Source: Pseudomonadota bacterium (GTDB lineage Bacteria > Pseudomonadota > Alphaproteobacteria > CACIAM-22H2). Taken from it: a stretch of DNA of 64,000 nt. The notes below the pieces were generated by a model, which saw nothing but the letters and a program-made list of their open reading frames with translations, did not search any database and was not told the DNA's origin. The stretch lies in assembly GCA_052387815.1 (NCBI GenBank), contig JBQTIU010000049.1:1670-65669 (forward strand), given 5' to 3'. A program made the position numbers and the translations under genes. This document shows positions 53,037 to 64,000 of this stretch, in pieces; positions within the stretch are counted from its first letter, which is position 1, and every line of letters starts with the position of its first letter.

Positions 53037-54092
53037 ATGATGGCCGATATGCCCGACCTCAAGGGCCTCCTGAGGATCGTTTCCGAAGGCCGGGCGCTGT
53101 CCGAGGACGAAGCGCGCCTGGGCTTCGAGATCATGATGTCGGGCAACGCCACGCCGGCGCAGATGGGCGCTTTCTTGATGGCGCTGAGGGTGCGCGGCGA
53201 GACGGTGGCCGAAATCACCGGCGCGGCTCGCACCATGCGCGCCAAGGCGCACAAGATCCAGGCCCCGGACGATGCGGTGGAAACGGTGGGAACCGGCGGC
53301 GACGGGGTCGGCACGCACAATATCTCCACCGCCGCCGCGCTGGCGGTCGCCGGCGCCGGGGTCCCGGTGGCCAAGCACGGCAATCGCGCGTTCTCGTCGA
53401 AATCCGGTGCGGCCGATGTCCTGGCCGCCCTTGGCGTCAACCTCGACTGCGACTTCCGGCTGATCGAGCAGGCGATCGTCGAGGCCGGGATCGGGTTCAT
53501 GATGGCGCCGCGCCACCACAGCGCCACGCGCCACGTCGCCGGCGCGCGGGTCGAGATCGGCACGCGCACGATCTTCAACTTGCTCGGGCCGCTGTCGAAC
53601 CCGGCCGGCGTCCGGCGCCAATTGGTCGGCGTGTTCGAGCGCAAATGGATCGAACCGATGGCGCGCACGCTCGGCAATCTCGGATCGATCCGCGCTTGGG
53701 TGGTGCATGGCTCGGACGGGCTCGATGAGCTGACCACGACCGGCCCGAGCTTCGTGGCGGACCTCAAGGACGGCCAAGTCCGGACCTTCGAGATCGCGCC
53801 GGAGGATGCGGGGCTCAAGCGCGCGACCCTCGCCGACTTGAAGGGCGGCACGGCGGCCGATAATGCGACGGCCATGCGCTCGATGCTCGGCGGCCAGCCG
53901 GGGGCCTTTCGCGACATCGTGTTGCTCAACGCCGGCGCGGCGTTGATGATCGCCGGCAAAGCCGGCGACCTCAAGGCCGGCGCGGAGCTCGCGGCCCGCT
54001 CGATCGACAGCGGCCGCGCCATGACGGCCCTCGATCGGCTGATCGAGATCACCAATCGCCCGGCGCCGGCCGCGTTCGCTCACCCGGGCTGA
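53037..54092 (+). CDS. trpD: anthranilate phosphoribosyltransferase
   Basis: [18 protein letters not shown]...[17 protein letters not shown]...NLLGPLSNP. Confidence 0.95.
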   Translation: MMADMPDLKGLLRIVSEGRALSEDEARLGFEIMMSGNATPAQMGAFLMALRVRGETVAEITGAARTMRAKAHKIQAPDDAVETVGTGGDGVGTHNISTAAALAVAGAGVPVAKHGNRAFSSKSGAADVLAALGVNLDCDFRLIEQAIVEAGIGFMMAPRHHSATRHVAGARVEIGTRTIFNLLGPLSNPAGVRRQLVGVFERKWIEPMARTLGNLGSIRAWVVHGSDGLDELTTTGPSFVADLKDGQVRTFEIAPEDAGLKRATLADLKGGTAADNATAMRSMLGGQPGAFRDIVLLNAGAALMIAGKAGDLKAGAELAARSIDSGRAMTALDRLIEITNRPAPAAFAHPG

Positions 54093-54103
54093 GCCTCCTC
54101 GCC

Positions 54104-54934
54104 ATGGCCAAAGACGTGCTCGCCAGGATCTGCGCCGAGAAGCGGACCGAGATCGATCGGCGCAAGGGTCGCCTGCCGCTCGGTGCGCTCGCCGACCAAG
54201 CCCGGCGCGCCCCCGGCGTGCGCGGCTTTGGCGCGCGCCTGCGCGCCGTCGCCGCGAGCGGGCGAACGGCGCTGATCGCCGAGATCAAGAAAGCCTCGCC
54301 CTCGCGGGGGCTGATCCGCGCCGATTTCGACCCGCCTGCCCTCGCCCGCGCCTATGTTGCGGGCGGCGCGGCCTGCCTGTCGGTGCTGACCGACACGCCA
54401 TTCTTCGACGGCCGCGACGACGACCTCCTGGCGGCGCGCGCCGCTTCGGGCTTGCCGGTCCTGCGCAAGGATTTCACCCTCGATCCCTACCAGGTAGTCG
54501 AGGCGCGGGCGATCGGCGCCGATTGCGTGCTGTTGATCCTGGCCGCCCTCGACGGCGCCGAGGCCCGCGAGCTTTGCGCCGCCGCACGCGGGCTTGGCAT
54601 GGACGTGCTCGCCGAGGTCCATGACGAGTCCGAGCTCGAGCGCGCGCTGGCGCTCGACGGAGCGATGGTCGGCATCAACAACCGCGATCTCAAGACGCTC
54701 AAGGTCGATCTTGGCACCTTCGAGCGCCTGGCCCCGCTGGCGCCGTCCGACCGGCTGCTGGTCGCCGAAAGCGGGCTCAAATCGCCGGCCGATCTCGCCC
54801 GCCTGGCGCGGGCCGGGGCCGCGGCGTTCCTGATCGGCGAGTCGCTGATGGCCGAGCGCGATGTCGCGGCGGCGACGCGCGCGCTGCTGACGCCGCTGCC
54901 GATCGCGGCCGCCGCCGCGCGGGCATCGACATGA
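54104..54934 (+). CDS. trpC: indole-3-glycerol phosphate synthase
   Basis: [16 protein letters not shown]...LSVLTD..FF.G...LRKDF...INNRDL. Confidence 0.95.
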   Translation: MAKDVLARICAEKRTEIDRRKGRLPLGALADQARRAPGVRGFGARLRAVAASGRTALIAEIKKASPSRGLIRADFDPPALARAYVAGGAACLSVLTDTPFFDGRDDDLLAARAASGLPVLRKDFTLDPYQVVEARAIGADCVLLILAALDGAEARELCAAARGLGMDVLAEVHDESELERALALDGAMVGINNRDLKTLKVDLGTFERLAPLAPSDRLLVAESGLKSPADLARLARAGAAAFLIGESLMAERDVAAATRALLTPLPIAAAAARAST

Positions 54935-55407
54935 AGGCCTTGACCCATTTCGATGCGCGCGGCAACGCCCGCATGGTCGACGTGTCGGGCAAGGAGATGA
55001 CCGCGCGCATCGCCATCGCCAAGGGCGCCGTCCTGATGCGGCCCGACACCCTCAAGACCATCATCGCGGGCGGCGTCAAGAAGGGCGATGTCGTCGGGGT
55101 CGCGCGCCTGGCCGGCATCATGGCCGCCAAGCGCACGTCCGAGCTCATCCCGCTGTGCCACCCCTTGCCCCTGTCCTCGCTCACGGTCGATCTCGCCCCC
55201 GATCCCAAGCGCCCGGCCATCGAAATCACCGCCACGGTCAAGCTCGTCGGCCGCACCGGGGTCGAAATGGAGGCCTTGACCGCGGTCAGCATCGCCGCGC
55301 TCACGGTATACGACATGTGCAAATCCCTGGACCGCTCGATGACCATGACGGAAATTCGCCTCATCCATAAGAGCGGAGGGAAATCAGGTACTTACAAGAG
55401 AAAATGA
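54931..55407 (+). CDS. moaC: cyclic pyranopterin monophosphate synthase MoaC
   Basis: [14 protein letters not shown]...[29 protein letters not shown]. 4-nt overlap with trpC. Confidence 0.95.
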   Translation: MKALTHFDARGNARMVDVSGKEMTARIAIAKGAVLMRPDTLKTIIAGGVKKGDVVGVARLAGIMAAKRTSELIPLCHPLPLSSLTVDLAPDPKRPAIEITATVKLVGRTGVEMEALTAVSIAALTVYDMCKSLDRSMTMTEIRLIHKSGGKSGTYKRK

Positions 55408-56621
55408 TGTTTTCGGTTGAAGCGGCAAGACAGCGGATTCTCGACGCCTTCTCCCCGCTTCCCGCCGAGACCGTGGGTCTCGGGGAGGGGCTCGGCCGCG
55501 TCCTTGCCGAAGACGTCGTCGCTCGGCTGAGTCAGCCGCCGGCGGCGGTGTCGGCGATGGACGGCTATGCCGTGCGCGCCGCTGATGTCGCGACGGCGCC
55601 GGTCACCCTGCACCAGATCGGCCAGGCGCCGGCCGGCAGCGCGTTCCCAGGAAGGGTCGGCGCCGGCGAGTGTGTGCGGATCTTCACCGGCGGGCCGCTG
55701 CCCGAGGGCGCCGATACCATCGTCATCCAGGAAAACGCCACCGCCGATGGCGCGCGGATCATGGTCCACGAATCCGCGCCGCCCGGCCGCTATGTGCGCC
55801 CGGCCGGGCTCGATTTTCGCGCCGGCGAGATCGGACTTGCGGCGGGCCGCGTGTTGGGCGTGCGCGACATCGGTCTGGCCGCGGCGATGAATCGGCCGTG
55901 GCTCAAGGTTCGCCGCCGGCCGCGCGTGGCGATCATGGCGACCGGCGACGAGGTGGTGATGCCCGGCGACCCGCTGGGATCATATCAGATCGTGTCCTCG
56001 AACGGCCTCGCGCTCGGCGCCTTCGTCACCACCTGCGGCGGCCAGCCGATCAACCTCGGGATTGCGCCCGACTCCGTCGCGGCGCTGCAAGCCATGGTCG
56101 CGGGCGCGCGGGGCGCCGATCTCCTGGTGACCTCCGGCGGCGCGTCGGTGGGCGAACACGACCTGGTGCGCAGCGCTCTTGAGCCAGCCGGCCTCACGGT
56201 CGATTTTTGGCAAATCGCCATGCGACCGGGCAAGCCGCTGATGTTCGGGCGAATCGGCGACACCCCGGTTCTCGGCCTGCCGGGCAACCCGGTGTCGTCG
56301 CTGGTTTGCGCCATCGTCTTCCTGCGCCCGGCCTTGGCGAAAATGCTGGCGATCGCAGCAACGGCCGCGCGCCGTCAGACGGCTCGGCTTGGCTGCGACT
56401 TGGCGGCCAACGACCGGCGCCAGGATTATTTGCGCGCCAGCCTGGCGACCGTCGGCGACGGTCGGCTGGTCGCCACACCGTTTGCCAAACAGGACAGCTC
56501 GATGTTGTCGGCCCTTGCCAAGGCGGATTGCCTGGTGCTGCGTCCGCCCCTTGCGCCGCCGGCCAAGGCCGGGGAAATCGTCGAGATCCTGCCGTTCGAA
56601 GGCGGTCTGGTGGGGGTATAG
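55404..56621 (+). CDS. moeA: molybdopterin molybdotransferase MoeA
   Basis: [12 protein letters not shown]...[19 protein letters not shown]...[11 protein letters not shown]...GLPGNPVSS. Confidence 0.9.
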   Translation: MMFSVEAARQRILDAFSPLPAETVGLGEGLGRVLAEDVVARLSQPPAAVSAMDGYAVRAADVATAPVTLHQIGQAPAGSAFPGRVGAGECVRIFTGGPLPEGADTIVIQENATADGARIMVHESAPPGRYVRPAGLDFRAGEIGLAAGRVLGVRDIGLAAAMNRPWLKVRRRPRVAIMATGDEVVMPGDPLGSYQIVSSNGLALGAFVTTCGGQPINLGIAPDSVAALQAMVAGARGADLLVTSGGASVGEHDLVRSALEPAGLTVDFWQIAMRPGKPLMFGRIGDTPVLGLPGNPVSSLVCAIVFLRPALAKMLAIAATAARRQTARLGCDLAANDRRQDYLRASLATVGDGRLVATPFAKQDSSMLSALAKADCLVLRPPLAPPAKAGEIVEILPFEGGLVGV

Positions 56622-56651
56622 GCGGACGCGCGGGTCAATTTGGCTCTTGAC

Positions 56652-56675
56652 GAACGCTTGGAACCAAACTAGAAC
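56652..56675 (+). promoter_or_regulatory. LexA (SOS) box upstream of lexA: GAAC-N7-GAAC with an extra upstream GAAC
   Basis: GAACgcttgGAACcaaactaGAAC. The 56661-56675 part matches the alphaproteobacterial direct-repeat SOS operator (GTTC-N7-GTTC / GAAC-N7-GAAC). It lies 61 nt upstream of the lexA ATG. Confidence 0.7.
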
Positions 56676-56735
56676 GTGCGACTCCGTTGCAGATTTGTTC
56701 CAAGTCTTGTGTCGTCGATCCACCGAGGGCCTGCC

Positions 56736-57473
56736 ATGCTGACGCGAAAGCAATACGAGCTGCTGTTGTTCATCCACCGCCGTCTCACCGAGCAAGGCGT
56801 CTCGCCGTCCTTCGATGAGATGAAGGATGCGCTCGGCCTGCGCTCGAAATCGGGGATCCATCGTCTGATCATCGGGCTCGAGGAACGGGGCTTCATCCAC
56901 AGGCTGCCGCACCGGGCGCGGGCGCTCGAAATCCTGCGCCTGCCCGAAAACCAGGCCGCATCGGCGGCGGCCAAGACGGCCCAGGCGACGCCACAACCAG
57001 CCGCGGTCGGCGGCGGCTTTCGGCCCAATGTCATCCGCGGGGATTTTCGCGCCGGGCTGCCTGGAGTTCCATCGCCGGGCACGGCCGAGATCGTCCAGCT
57101 TCCGCTCTACGGGCGGATCGCCGCCGGCCTGCCGATCGAGGCGGTGCGCGACGCCGCGAGCGTCATCGACGTGCCGGCCTCAATGCTGGGCAGGGGCGAG
57201 CATTTCGCCCTCGAAGTGGTCGGCGATTCGATGATCGACGCCGGGATTTACGACGGCGACACGGTGCTCGTGCAGCGCGGCCACACGGCCGACAGCGGCG
57301 CCGTCGTGGTGGCGCTGCTGCTCGACGACGGCGAGGTGACATTGAAGCGCCTGCGCCGGCGCGGCGCCTCGATTGCGCTCGAGCCGGCCAACAAGGCGTA
57401 CGAGACCCGGATCTTCGGCCCCGACCGCGTCCACGTCCAGGGTCGGGTCATCGGCCTGTGGCGTAAATACTGA
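56736..57473 (+). CDS. lexA: SOS repressor LexA
   Basis: [54 protein letters not shown] (wHTH), long linker, S24 peptidase domain ([11 protein letters not shown]...LKRL). Confidence 0.95.
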   Translation: MLTRKQYELLLFIHRRLTEQGVSPSFDEMKDALGLRSKSGIHRLIIGLEERGFIHRLPHRARALEILRLPENQAASAAAKTAQATPQPAAVGGGFRPNVIRGDFRAGLPGVPSPGTAEIVQLPLYGRIAAGLPIEAVRDAASVIDVPASMLGRGEHFALEVVGDSMIDAGIYDGDTVLVQRGHTADSGAVVVALLLDDGEVTLKRLRRRGASIALEPANKAYETRIFGPDRVHVQGRVIGLWRKY

Positions 57474-59633
57474 CCGCCCGACCGGCGTCGGGGGAAGCGG
57501 GACCCAGGGCCGCGCGCCGCGACCCTCGCGCACGCTCGCCACCCTGATCCGGCCATCGAGTTCGAGCCAGATGGCGTGCCCGCCGTCCCGCCACAGCTTG
57601 AAGCGGTCGACCACGGCGAGCGGCCCGCCGCAGCCGCGCCTCACCGGAACCGTTGCCACCACCACGCTGGCGAGGCGGCAGTCCTCGGCGAGGGCGGCCG
57701 CGTCGCGGACGAGGGCCACCACGTGCCCGCGGTTCCGGTAGATGCAGCCCAAGGGATCGCAGTTGAGTCGGCCGTCGATGCTGGCGCCCTCGCTTGGCCA
57801 CAGAATGACTTCGTCCTGACCGGCGCGGCGCAGCCAAGTGTCGCGGGTCAGCGCCGCGGCGCGCGGCACGGAGATTTGCAACAGGCCGTCGGCGCCGCGC
57901 ACCGCGATCAGCTTGGCGTCGCCCGAGACGAGCACGTCCGGCCCGCGATAGAACAGCAGGGAGAGGAGGCCGAGGCCGATCGCCGGTGCGCCCCAAAGCC
58001 GCCAGCGCGTCCGCCACAGGCACAGCCACAGCCCGCCGAGCGTCGCCACCGTGAGGCCCCAAGCGGGCATCGCCGGCATCAACGCCGCGGCGCCCTCCCA
58101 GCTCGCGACCTCGCGCGCGATCCAAAGGATGCCCTCCACGCCCCAGCCCATGGGCGCCAGCGCCAGCCCCTCGAATCCCGATGGCCAGAGCAGGAAGACC
58201 GCCACCGCCCACGGCATCACCCACAGGCTGGTGAGCGGCACCGCGATCAGGTTGGCGGCCAGACCGTAGGCGGTGAAGCGGTTGAAATGATAGATCGCGT
58301 AGGGCGCGGTGGCGAACCCGGCGACGAGCGTGGTCGCGCTGGCGCCGGCCAGCACGATCGCCGCGCGAGCCAGGACGCCCGCCTCGGCCCGCCACCGGGC
58401 CAGCGGCGCGCGTAAGACTTCCCACGCGGCGATCAGCGCCACCACCGCGGCGAACGACATCTGGAAGCTCGGGCCCATCGAGCTTTCGGGCGCGAACAGC
58501 AGCACGGCGAAAGCGGCCCAGGCGACCAACCGCATGGTGATCGCCGTGCGGTCGATGAGGATGGCGAACAGGACGATACCGGACATCAGCCAGGCCCGTT
58601 GGGTGGGCACGCCAGGCGCGGCGAACAGCATATAGAACGTGATCGCGGCGAAGGCGACGAGCGCGGCCCATTTCTTGATCGGCCGGTTGAGCGCGATGCG
58701 CGGCACGAGCGCCAGCAACGCGCGCACCGCCACGAAGACGATGCCGGCGACCAGACCGATATGCAGGCCCGAAATCGACAACAGGTGAGCGAGCCCGGAA
58801 TCGCGCATCCATCCCATCACCTCCGGCGGCACCGCGCCCTGCTCGCCGGTCAGCAGGGCCGCGGCCACGGCCCCCGCCGCACCCGGGATCGCCGCCATGA
58901 CCCGCTCGACCACCGCCTGGCGGGCGCCGTTGAGCCACAGCTGCCAATCGCTCTCGGCCGGCCCCGCCGACGGCAGCCGGCGCACTTCGCCCAGCGCATA
59001 GCCAACCGCCCCGAGGCGCTCGAACCAGGCGCGGAACTGAAAATCGTAGGCGCCGGGCGCCGGCGGCGCCGGCGGCGGAAACAAGACCGCGCGCACGGCC
59101 ACGCGATCCCCCGGCGCCAAGTCGGCGACCGGCCGCAGCTTCGCCGCCCTCGCCGTGAGCCTCACTTGCGCCGGCGTGCGTTCGGCCGCCACGCCCGGCA
59201 AGGACAACCGGTCGAGAACGAGGCGCCGGCCCTCGGGCCTCACTTCGACCGCGACCACGCGGCCCGTCACCTCGGCCGGGCCGAACCGTCGCTCGAGGGT
59301 CGGGGCGGCGACCGAGTTGGTCCGCCACTGCGCGACGGCCAAGCCGAGCGCCGCGCTGGCCAGCCCAAGCGCAAGGCACAAAAGACCGGCATGGCGGCGG
59401 CCGAGCAACCCAATCGCAAGGGCGCCCAGGATCGAGAGCGGCGCTGTCCAGACCGGCGGCTCGATGGCAAGGGTGAAATAGAGTCCGACCCCACCGGCGA
59501 ACGCCACGGGAAGCCAAAGCACCCAGCGTTCGCGCTCGGCCGCGAGGATGCCTTCGAGTTGGCCGAAGAGGCGGGCCAGCCGGTCGCGACTTGCCTCGAT
59601 AGCGGGCCGGGCGCCGGCCATCCATGCCGTCAT
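57180..59633 (-). CDS. comEC: ComEC/Rec2 family competence (DNA internalisation) membrane protein
   Basis: Polytopic protein with the ComEC core ([20 protein letters not shown]). Start chosen at [10 protein letters not shown] (ATG 59631-59633). There is no stop before 57180, so the 3' ~294 nt lie antisense to the lexA 3' end. Confidence 0.8.
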   Translation of the reverse strand: MTAWMAGARPAIEASRDRLARLFGQLEGILAAERERWVLWLPVAFAGGVGLYFTLAIEPPVWTAPLSILGALAIGLLGRRHAGLLCLALGLASAALGLAVAQWRTNSVAAPTLERRFGPAEVTGRVVAVEVRPEGRRLVLDRLSLPGVAAERTPAQVRLTARAAKLRPVADLAPGDRVAVRAVLFPPPAPPAPGAYDFQFRAWFERLGAVGYALGEVRRLPSAGPAESDWQLWLNGARQAVVERVMAAIPGAAGAVAAALLTGEQGAVPPEVMGWMRDSGLAHLLSISGLHIGLVAGIVFVAVRALLALVPRIALNRPIKKWAALVAFAAITFYMLFAAPGVPTQRAWLMSGIVLFAILIDRTAITMRLVAWAAFAVLLFAPESSMGPSFQMSFAAVVALIAAWEVLRAPLARWRAEAGVLARAAIVLAGASATTLVAGFATAPYAIYHFNRFTAYGLAANLIAVPLTSLWVMPWAVAVFLLWPSGFEGLALAPMGWGVEGILWIAREVASWEGAAALMPAMPAWGLTVATLGGLWLCLWRTRWRLWGAPAIGLGLLSLLFYRGPDVLVSGDAKLIAVRGADGLLQISVPRAAALTRDTWLRRAGQDEVILWPSEGASIDGRLNCDPLGCIYRNRGHVVALVRDAAALAEDCRLASVVVATVPVRRGCGGPLAVVDRFKLWRDGGHAIWLELDGRIRVASVREGRGARPWVPLPPTPVGRSVFTPQADDPTLDVDAVGAEDPGLVRLVGRLERNRGAAPAQALQCHLAVVEQQRHHDGAAVGRVAALHEHRVAVVNPGVDHRIADHFEGEMLAPAQH

Positions 59634-59718
59634 GACGGGGTCCTTGAACCGGATCGCCGCTGTGCTACATACGCGCTCGCGGCCGAATTTTAGCCTAGCA
59701 GCGCGGTTCCGACCAACC

Positions 59719-61122
59719 ATGTCCGTCGTCTGTCGCTTCGCCCCCTCGCCGACCGGCTTCCTCCATATCGGCGGCGCCCGCACCGCGTTGTTCAATTGGC
59801 TGTTCGCCAAGCATCACGGCGGACAATTCCGGTTGCGGATCGAGGACACCGATCGCGCGCGCTCGACGCCTGAGGCGGTGAAGGCGATCCTCGACGGGCT
59901 CGACTGGCTGGAGCTCGATTGGGATGGCGAGGTGGTCTACCAGTCGGCCCGCGCCGCCCGCCACGCCGAGGTGGCGCAAGCCCTGCTCGAGGCGGGCAAG
60001 GCCTATCGCTGCTATTGCACCCCGGCCGAGCTCGAGGCCATGCGCGCCGCCGCCAAGGCCGCAGGCCGGCCGGTGCGCTACGACGGCAGGTGGCGCGACC
60101 GCGACCCCGCTGAGGCGCCGCCGGGCGTCCGGCCGGCGATCCGGCTCAAGGCGCGCCAGAGCGGCGAGACCGTCATCCGCGACCGGGTGCAGGGCGACGT
60201 CGTCATTCGCAACGACCAGCTCGACGACATGGTGCTGCTGCGCGCCGACGGCACGCCCACCTATATGCTGTCGGTCGTGGTCGACGATAACGACATGGGT
60301 GTGAGCCATGTGATCCGCGGCGACGACCACCTCAACAACGCCGCCCGTCAGTTGCAGCTCAGCGAGGCGCTGGGCTGGCCGGTGCCCGTTTACGCCCATC
60401 TGCCGCTGATCCATGGATCCGACGGCGCCAAGCTGTCCAAGCGGCACGGCGCGCTCGGCGTCGATGCCTACCGCGACCTGGGATACCTGCCCGAATCGTT
60501 GCGGAACTACCTGCTGCGGCTCGGCTGGAGCCACGGCGACGCCGAGATCATTTCCACGCCACAGGCGATCGCGTGGTTCGACCTCGATGCCGTCGGGCGC
60601 TCGGCCGCGCGCTTCGACTTCGTCAAGCTCGCCAACTTGAACGGCCATTACCTGCGCGAAGCCGACGACCGCCGCCTCATGGATCTCGTCGTCCCGGTCA
60701 TCGAACGGCGCCTCGGCATGGCCGTTGACGAGCCGGCGCGGGCGCGCCTCGGGCGCGGGATGAACGGCCTCAAGCAGCGGGCCAAGACGCTGGTCGAACT
60801 CGCGGATAACGCGGCGCTCTACGTGCGCCGACGGCCAATCGCCCCCAACCCGCAGGCGACCAAGCTGCTCGACTCGGAAGCGCGAGCCCGCCTCCAGGCC
60901 CTCGCCCCGGTCCTCGAGGCGATCATCGACTGGCGCGCGGGCCCGATCGAGGCCGCGGTGCGTGAGGTCGCCAGCGCGGCCGGGGTCAAGCTCGGCGAGG
61001 TCGCCCAGCCGCTGCGCGCGGTCCTGTCCGGCACGCTCGCTTCGCCGCCGATCTTCGAGGTCATGGAGGCGTTGGGAAAGACGGAGACCCTGGCGCGGGT
61101 CGGCGACGCGGCGGGGGCGTGA
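59719..61122 (+). CDS. gltX: glutamate--tRNA ligase
   Basis: [30 protein letters not shown] (HIGH motif), KLSKRHG (KMSKS motif). 467 aa. Confidence 0.95.
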   Translation: MSVVCRFAPSPTGFLHIGGARTALFNWLFAKHHGGQFRLRIEDTDRARSTPEAVKAILDGLDWLELDWDGEVVYQSARAARHAEVAQALLEAGKAYRCYCTPAELEAMRAAAKAAGRPVRYDGRWRDRDPAEAPPGVRPAIRLKARQSGETVIRDRVQGDVVIRNDQLDDMVLLRADGTPTYMLSVVVDDNDMGVSHVIRGDDHLNNAARQLQLSEALGWPVPVYAHLPLIHGSDGAKLSKRHGALGVDAYRDLGYLPESLRNYLLRLGWSHGDAEIISTPQAIAWFDLDAVGRSAARFDFVKLANLNGHYLREADDRRLMDLVVPVIERRLGMAVDEPARARLGRGMNGLKQRAKTLVELADNAALYVRRRPIAPNPQATKLLDSEARARLQALAPVLEAIIDWRAGPIEAAVREVASAAGVKLGEVAQPLRAVLSGTLASPPIFEVMEALGKTETLARVGDAAGA

Positions 61123-61134
61123 AGACGCCCGGCT

Positions 61135-61416
61135 CTAAGACTTGGCCGCCGCGATTTCCGCGATCGGCTCGCCCGGATGGGCTTGATACCAAAGTGCGTC
61201 GGCGTCGAAATCGACCTCGTCCGGCCCGGAGAGGCATCCCCCGTTCTCGCCGATCCGCATTTGCGACACGAAGTAGGTCGGGTCCTGCATATCCGTGCAT
61301 ACGCCGCCCCAGGCGACGGTGTCCGCGAATGCGACGATCGACCGTTCCCCGGTCTCCCAGACGATCTCTACCGTATGATCCGGTCGGGCGGTTGCCGCTT
61401 CGATCTTGTGTCGCAT
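61135..61416 (-). CDS. DUF2442 domain protein
   Basis: 93 aa. ...[19 protein letters not shown]...[25 protein letters not shown] resembles DUF2442. No DUF4160 partner is visible. Confidence 0.6.
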   Translation of the reverse strand: MRHKIEAATARPDHTVEIVWETGERSIVAFADTVAWGGVCTDMQDPTYFVSQMRIGENGGCLSGPDEVDFDADALWYQAHPGEPIAEIAAAKS

Positions 61417-61702
61417 CGCTCAGTCCTCGATCTTCCGCACTCGTTCAAGCCGCCGGCAGCGAAACCGATTTCCTACCACAGACCGTCGGCGAGTCGACAA
61501 TTCGCTCGAAAGGACGACTCAGATTACGACCAGCGCCGCTTTCTATGCCAGCGGCGTATTCCGTTCCAATTCAATCGTTTGGCGGGAGCACGGCGCCCGG
61601 GAGCGTGCCGACTTTCGTCTTGCCCCGGCGTTGTGGTCTTGTGACCCGATTTGTAATAGTATTGCTGCACCGCAACGGATCGGCGACAAGGACCCGAAAC
61701 CC

Positions 61703-63034
61703 ATGACCCAGCAGCCCGCCAGCGTCGCCTCCCTCAAGCCCGCGGCTACCGTCACGCTCATCGACAACGCCAGCGGGCGCCGCTTCGAGCTGCCGGCGAT
61801 CGCCGGCTCGGCCGGGCCGAAGGTCTTCGACGTCCGCAAGCTCTACAACGAGACCGGGCTATTCACCTACGACCCAGGCTTCACCTCGACCGCGAGCTGC
61901 GAGTCCAAGATCACCTACATCGATGGCGATGCGGGCGTGCTTATGCACCGCGGCTATGCGATCGAGGACCTCGCCGAGCGCAGCGACTTCATGGAGGTCT
62001 GCTACCTGCTGCTCAACGGCGAGCTGCCGACGCCCGCGCAGAAACGGAAGTTCGAGCGCGACATCACGCTCCACACCATGCTGCACGAGCAGATCCACCG
62101 ATTCTACACCGGCTTCCGGCGCGATGCGCACCCGATGGCGGTGATGTGCGGCGTGGTCGGCGCGCTGTCGGCCTTCTACCATGACTCGCTCGACATCACA
62201 GACCCGCACCAGCGCATGGTGGCCTCCTTCCGCCTGATCGGCAAGATGCCGACCATCGCGGCGATGGCCTACAAGTATTCGATCGGCCAGCCGTTCATGT
62301 ACCCGCGCAACGAGCTGTCCTACGCGGCCAATTTCCTGCACATGACCTTCGGCGTGCCCACCGAGCCCTACCTCGTCAGCCCGGTGGTCGCCAGGGCCAT
62401 GGAGCGCATCTTCATCCTCCATGCCGACCATGAGCAGAACGCCTCCACCTCGACCGTCCGCCTGGCCGGGTCCTCGGGCGCCAATCCGTTCGCCTGCATC
62501 GCCGCCGGCATCGCTTCGTTGTGGGGTCCGGCGCATGGCGGGGCCAACGAAGCGGTGTTGCGGATGCTGCGCGAGATCGGCACCAAGGAGCGCATCCCCG
62601 AATTCATCAAGCGCGCAAAGGACAAGAACGACAGCTTCCGGCTCATGGGTTTCGGGCACCGGGTGTACAAGAACTACGATCCGCGCGCCGCCGTGCTGCG
62701 CAAGTCCTGCCACGAGGTGCTGAACGAGCTCGGCCTCAAGGACGAGCCGATGCTCGATCTGGCGATGGAACTCGAGCGCATCGCGTTGAGCGACGATTAC
62801 TTTGTCAACCGCAAGCTGTTCCCCAACGTCGATTTCTATTCCGGCATCATCCTCCAGGCGATAGGCTTCCCGACCGCGATGTTCACCGCGCTGTTCGCGG
62901 TGGCGCGGACGGTCGGCTGGGTCGCGCAGTGGAACGAAATGATCGAGGACCCCTCGCAGAAGATCGGCCGCCCGCGCCAGCTCTATACCGGCTACGCCAA
63001 GCGGCCCTTCGTGCCGCTCGACAAGCGTGGCTGA
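61703..63034 (+). CDS. gltA: citrate synthase (type II)
   Basis: [13 protein letters not shown]...[26 protein letters not shown]...[18 protein letters not shown] 61703 inside a longer ORF. Confidence 0.95.
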   Translation: MTQQPASVASLKPAATVTLIDNASGRRFELPAIAGSAGPKVFDVRKLYNETGLFTYDPGFTSTASCESKITYIDGDAGVLMHRGYAIEDLAERSDFMEVCYLLLNGELPTPAQKRKFERDITLHTMLHEQIHRFYTGFRRDAHPMAVMCGVVGALSAFYHDSLDITDPHQRMVASFRLIGKMPTIAAMAYKYSIGQPFMYPRNELSYAANFLHMTFGVPTEPYLVSPVVARAMERIFILHADHEQNASTSTVRLAGSSGANPFACIAAGIASLWGPAHGGANEAVLRMLREIGTKERIPEFIKRAKDKNDSFRLMGFGHRVYKNYDPRAAVLRKSCHEVLNELGLKDEPMLDLAMELERIALSDDYFVNRKLFPNVDFYSGIILQAIGFPTAMFTALFAVARTVGWVAQWNEMIEDPSQKIGRPRQLYTGYAKRPFVPLDKRG

Positions 63035-63450
63035 GCGGCGCCAAATCACGAGCGGGCGCGGCGGACAGCCGTCCGCGGCCGGGGAACTTGCCTCGCGCCG
63101 CTTCTTCGTTCCCCCGCCCACCAACGACAACCGGGTGCCGCCGGTTGTGCGCGTGATATGGAACCTGCTGGCCGCCCTGCTCTTGGGCGCGCTCGCCGCA
63201 CTCGCCGGCGAGTTGTTCGGCTGGAGCCGGTAAAGACGCCGACCATCGTCTGCCGCGGCCAGGAACCGGGATCAGGGTGGCGGGGCCAGCGCGAACCCGC
63301 GAACGCGGCGTCTAGGCACACAATCCTAAAAGTGCCTAAGTTGATCGAAGTCAATGTGTCCCCGCAAACCTGCGTTCTAAACTTCCGCCAAATTCACCCG
63401 CTCCGCTGGTCGGGGCGGCATGCCGGGCGAGCCATACAAGAGGTCCGAAC

Positions 63451-64000
63451 ATGAAACGGCCGCTTCTAATCTACTTCTCCTTGGCCATTTTCGTCGGCGC
63501 ACTGGCCATATCCTGGCTCACCCACGGAACCGGGGTGGTCAAGAACGACCTTGCGCGGAATATCTACATCCCCAAGGACCTGACAATGCCGCTCGAGGTC
63601 AAGGCGGCCTACAACGGCCGCGACATGTTCTTCCGCTTCCGCTGGCCCACCAAGGCCCCGCACATCTACCACGACATGGTCAAGCGAGAGGGCGGGAACT
63701 GGGTCCGCATCGGCGCCAGCGTCGCCGGGCCGCAGCCGCAAGGGATGTACGAGGATCGACTGACGATGCTGGTCGACGACGGCAGTGTGCCCGAGTTCGC
63801 CAAGTACGGCGGCTACATCACGGTCGGCGATCGCAGCCGGTTCTTCACCAACGAGGCGACGAAGCAGGAAGTGGAGGCTCACCCCTACCTGGGCAAGAAG
63901 ATGCGGCAGGAGGAGGTGGGCAAGCACCTGCCCGCCACTCGCAAGGATATCAACGACTGGGCCTCGGTCGTATCCGAAGACGAGCTCGCGAGGTTGCGCG
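63451..64000 (+). CDS. partial CDS (3' end outside window): membrane-anchored protein, possibly with an ethylbenzene-dehydrogenase-like (EB_dh) haem-binding domain
   Basis: Not in the ORF track because it has no stop inside the window. My translation from ATG 63451: MKRPLLIYFSLAIFVGALAISWLTHGTGVVKNDLARNIYIPKDLTMPLEVKAAYNGRDMFFRFRWPTKAPHIYHDM...RLTMLVDDGSVPEFAKYGGYITVGDR... The family assignment is from memory and is weak. Confidence 0.45.
   Translation, partial: MKRPLLIYFSLAIFVGALAISWLTHGTGVVKNDLARNIYIPKDLTMPLEVKAAYNGRDMFFRFRWPTKAPHIYHDMVKREGGNWVRIGASVAGPQPQGMYEDRLTMLVDDGSVPEFAKYGGYITVGDRSRFFTNEATKQEVEAHPYLGKKMRQEEVGKHLPATRKDINDWASVVSEDELARLR

Noticed and set aside
63153-63233. 26-codon hydrophobic ORF (VIWNLLAALLLGALAALAGELFGWSR) downstream of gltA, considered as a small membrane peptide.
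   Set aside because: It has a GTG start with no visible RBS, no recognisable family, and is overlapped by other equally plausible short frames. Support is insufficient.

Overview
High-GC alphaproteobacterial chromosomal segment; hand-counted core-gene blocks are about 70% G+C. It is almost fully coding. I recognised no rRNA, tRNA, CRISPR array, transposase or integrase. Most of the window is three textbook alphaproteobacterial syntenic backbones. (1) gatCAB, ruvX and a DctPQM TRAP transporter, then hflX-hfq-dat-trkA-ntrXY-ntrCB-dusB(nifR3), facing a divergent ispDF-pgpA-cinA block. (2) ratA-lipA-lpdA-pdhCBA, then ftsB-eno-kdsA-pyrG-secG-tpiA. (3) ppiD, trpDC-moaC-moeA-lexA, comEC, gltX and gltA. 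The interest lies in discrete non-core insertions and lesions in these backbones. (a) A Schlafen/AlbA_2-HATPase_c_4 gene plus a ParA-like ATPase gene sit between pyrG and kdsA, joined by three consecutive 4-nt start/stop overlaps. This is my best candidate for an undescribed system. (b) A strongly low-GC ORC/Arch_ATPase-like AAA+ gene plus a HAD dehalogenase lie between kdsA and eno. (c) An orphan ABC/AAA15-type ATPase follows the TRAP operon. (d) A three-gene insertion (CcsA-like membrane protein, a covalently fused BrnT-BrnA/HTH toxin-antitoxin polypeptide, DUF1330) has replaced most of ispDF, leaving a decayed 3' ispF remnant still overlapping pgpA. (e) A solute-binding-protein gene is interrupted by a single in-frame TGA. 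(f) A GST carries a histone-H1-like Lys/Ala/Pro-rich N-terminal tail. (g) An orphan groES has its own terminator. (h) A G10 tract sits in the pyrG leader. (i) comEC runs about 294 nt antisense into lexA. All family assignments come from reading the translated ORFs and recalling family motifs; no database search was run. Many long Arg/Ala/Gly/Pro-rich ORFs antisense to real genes are treated as high-GC artefacts.
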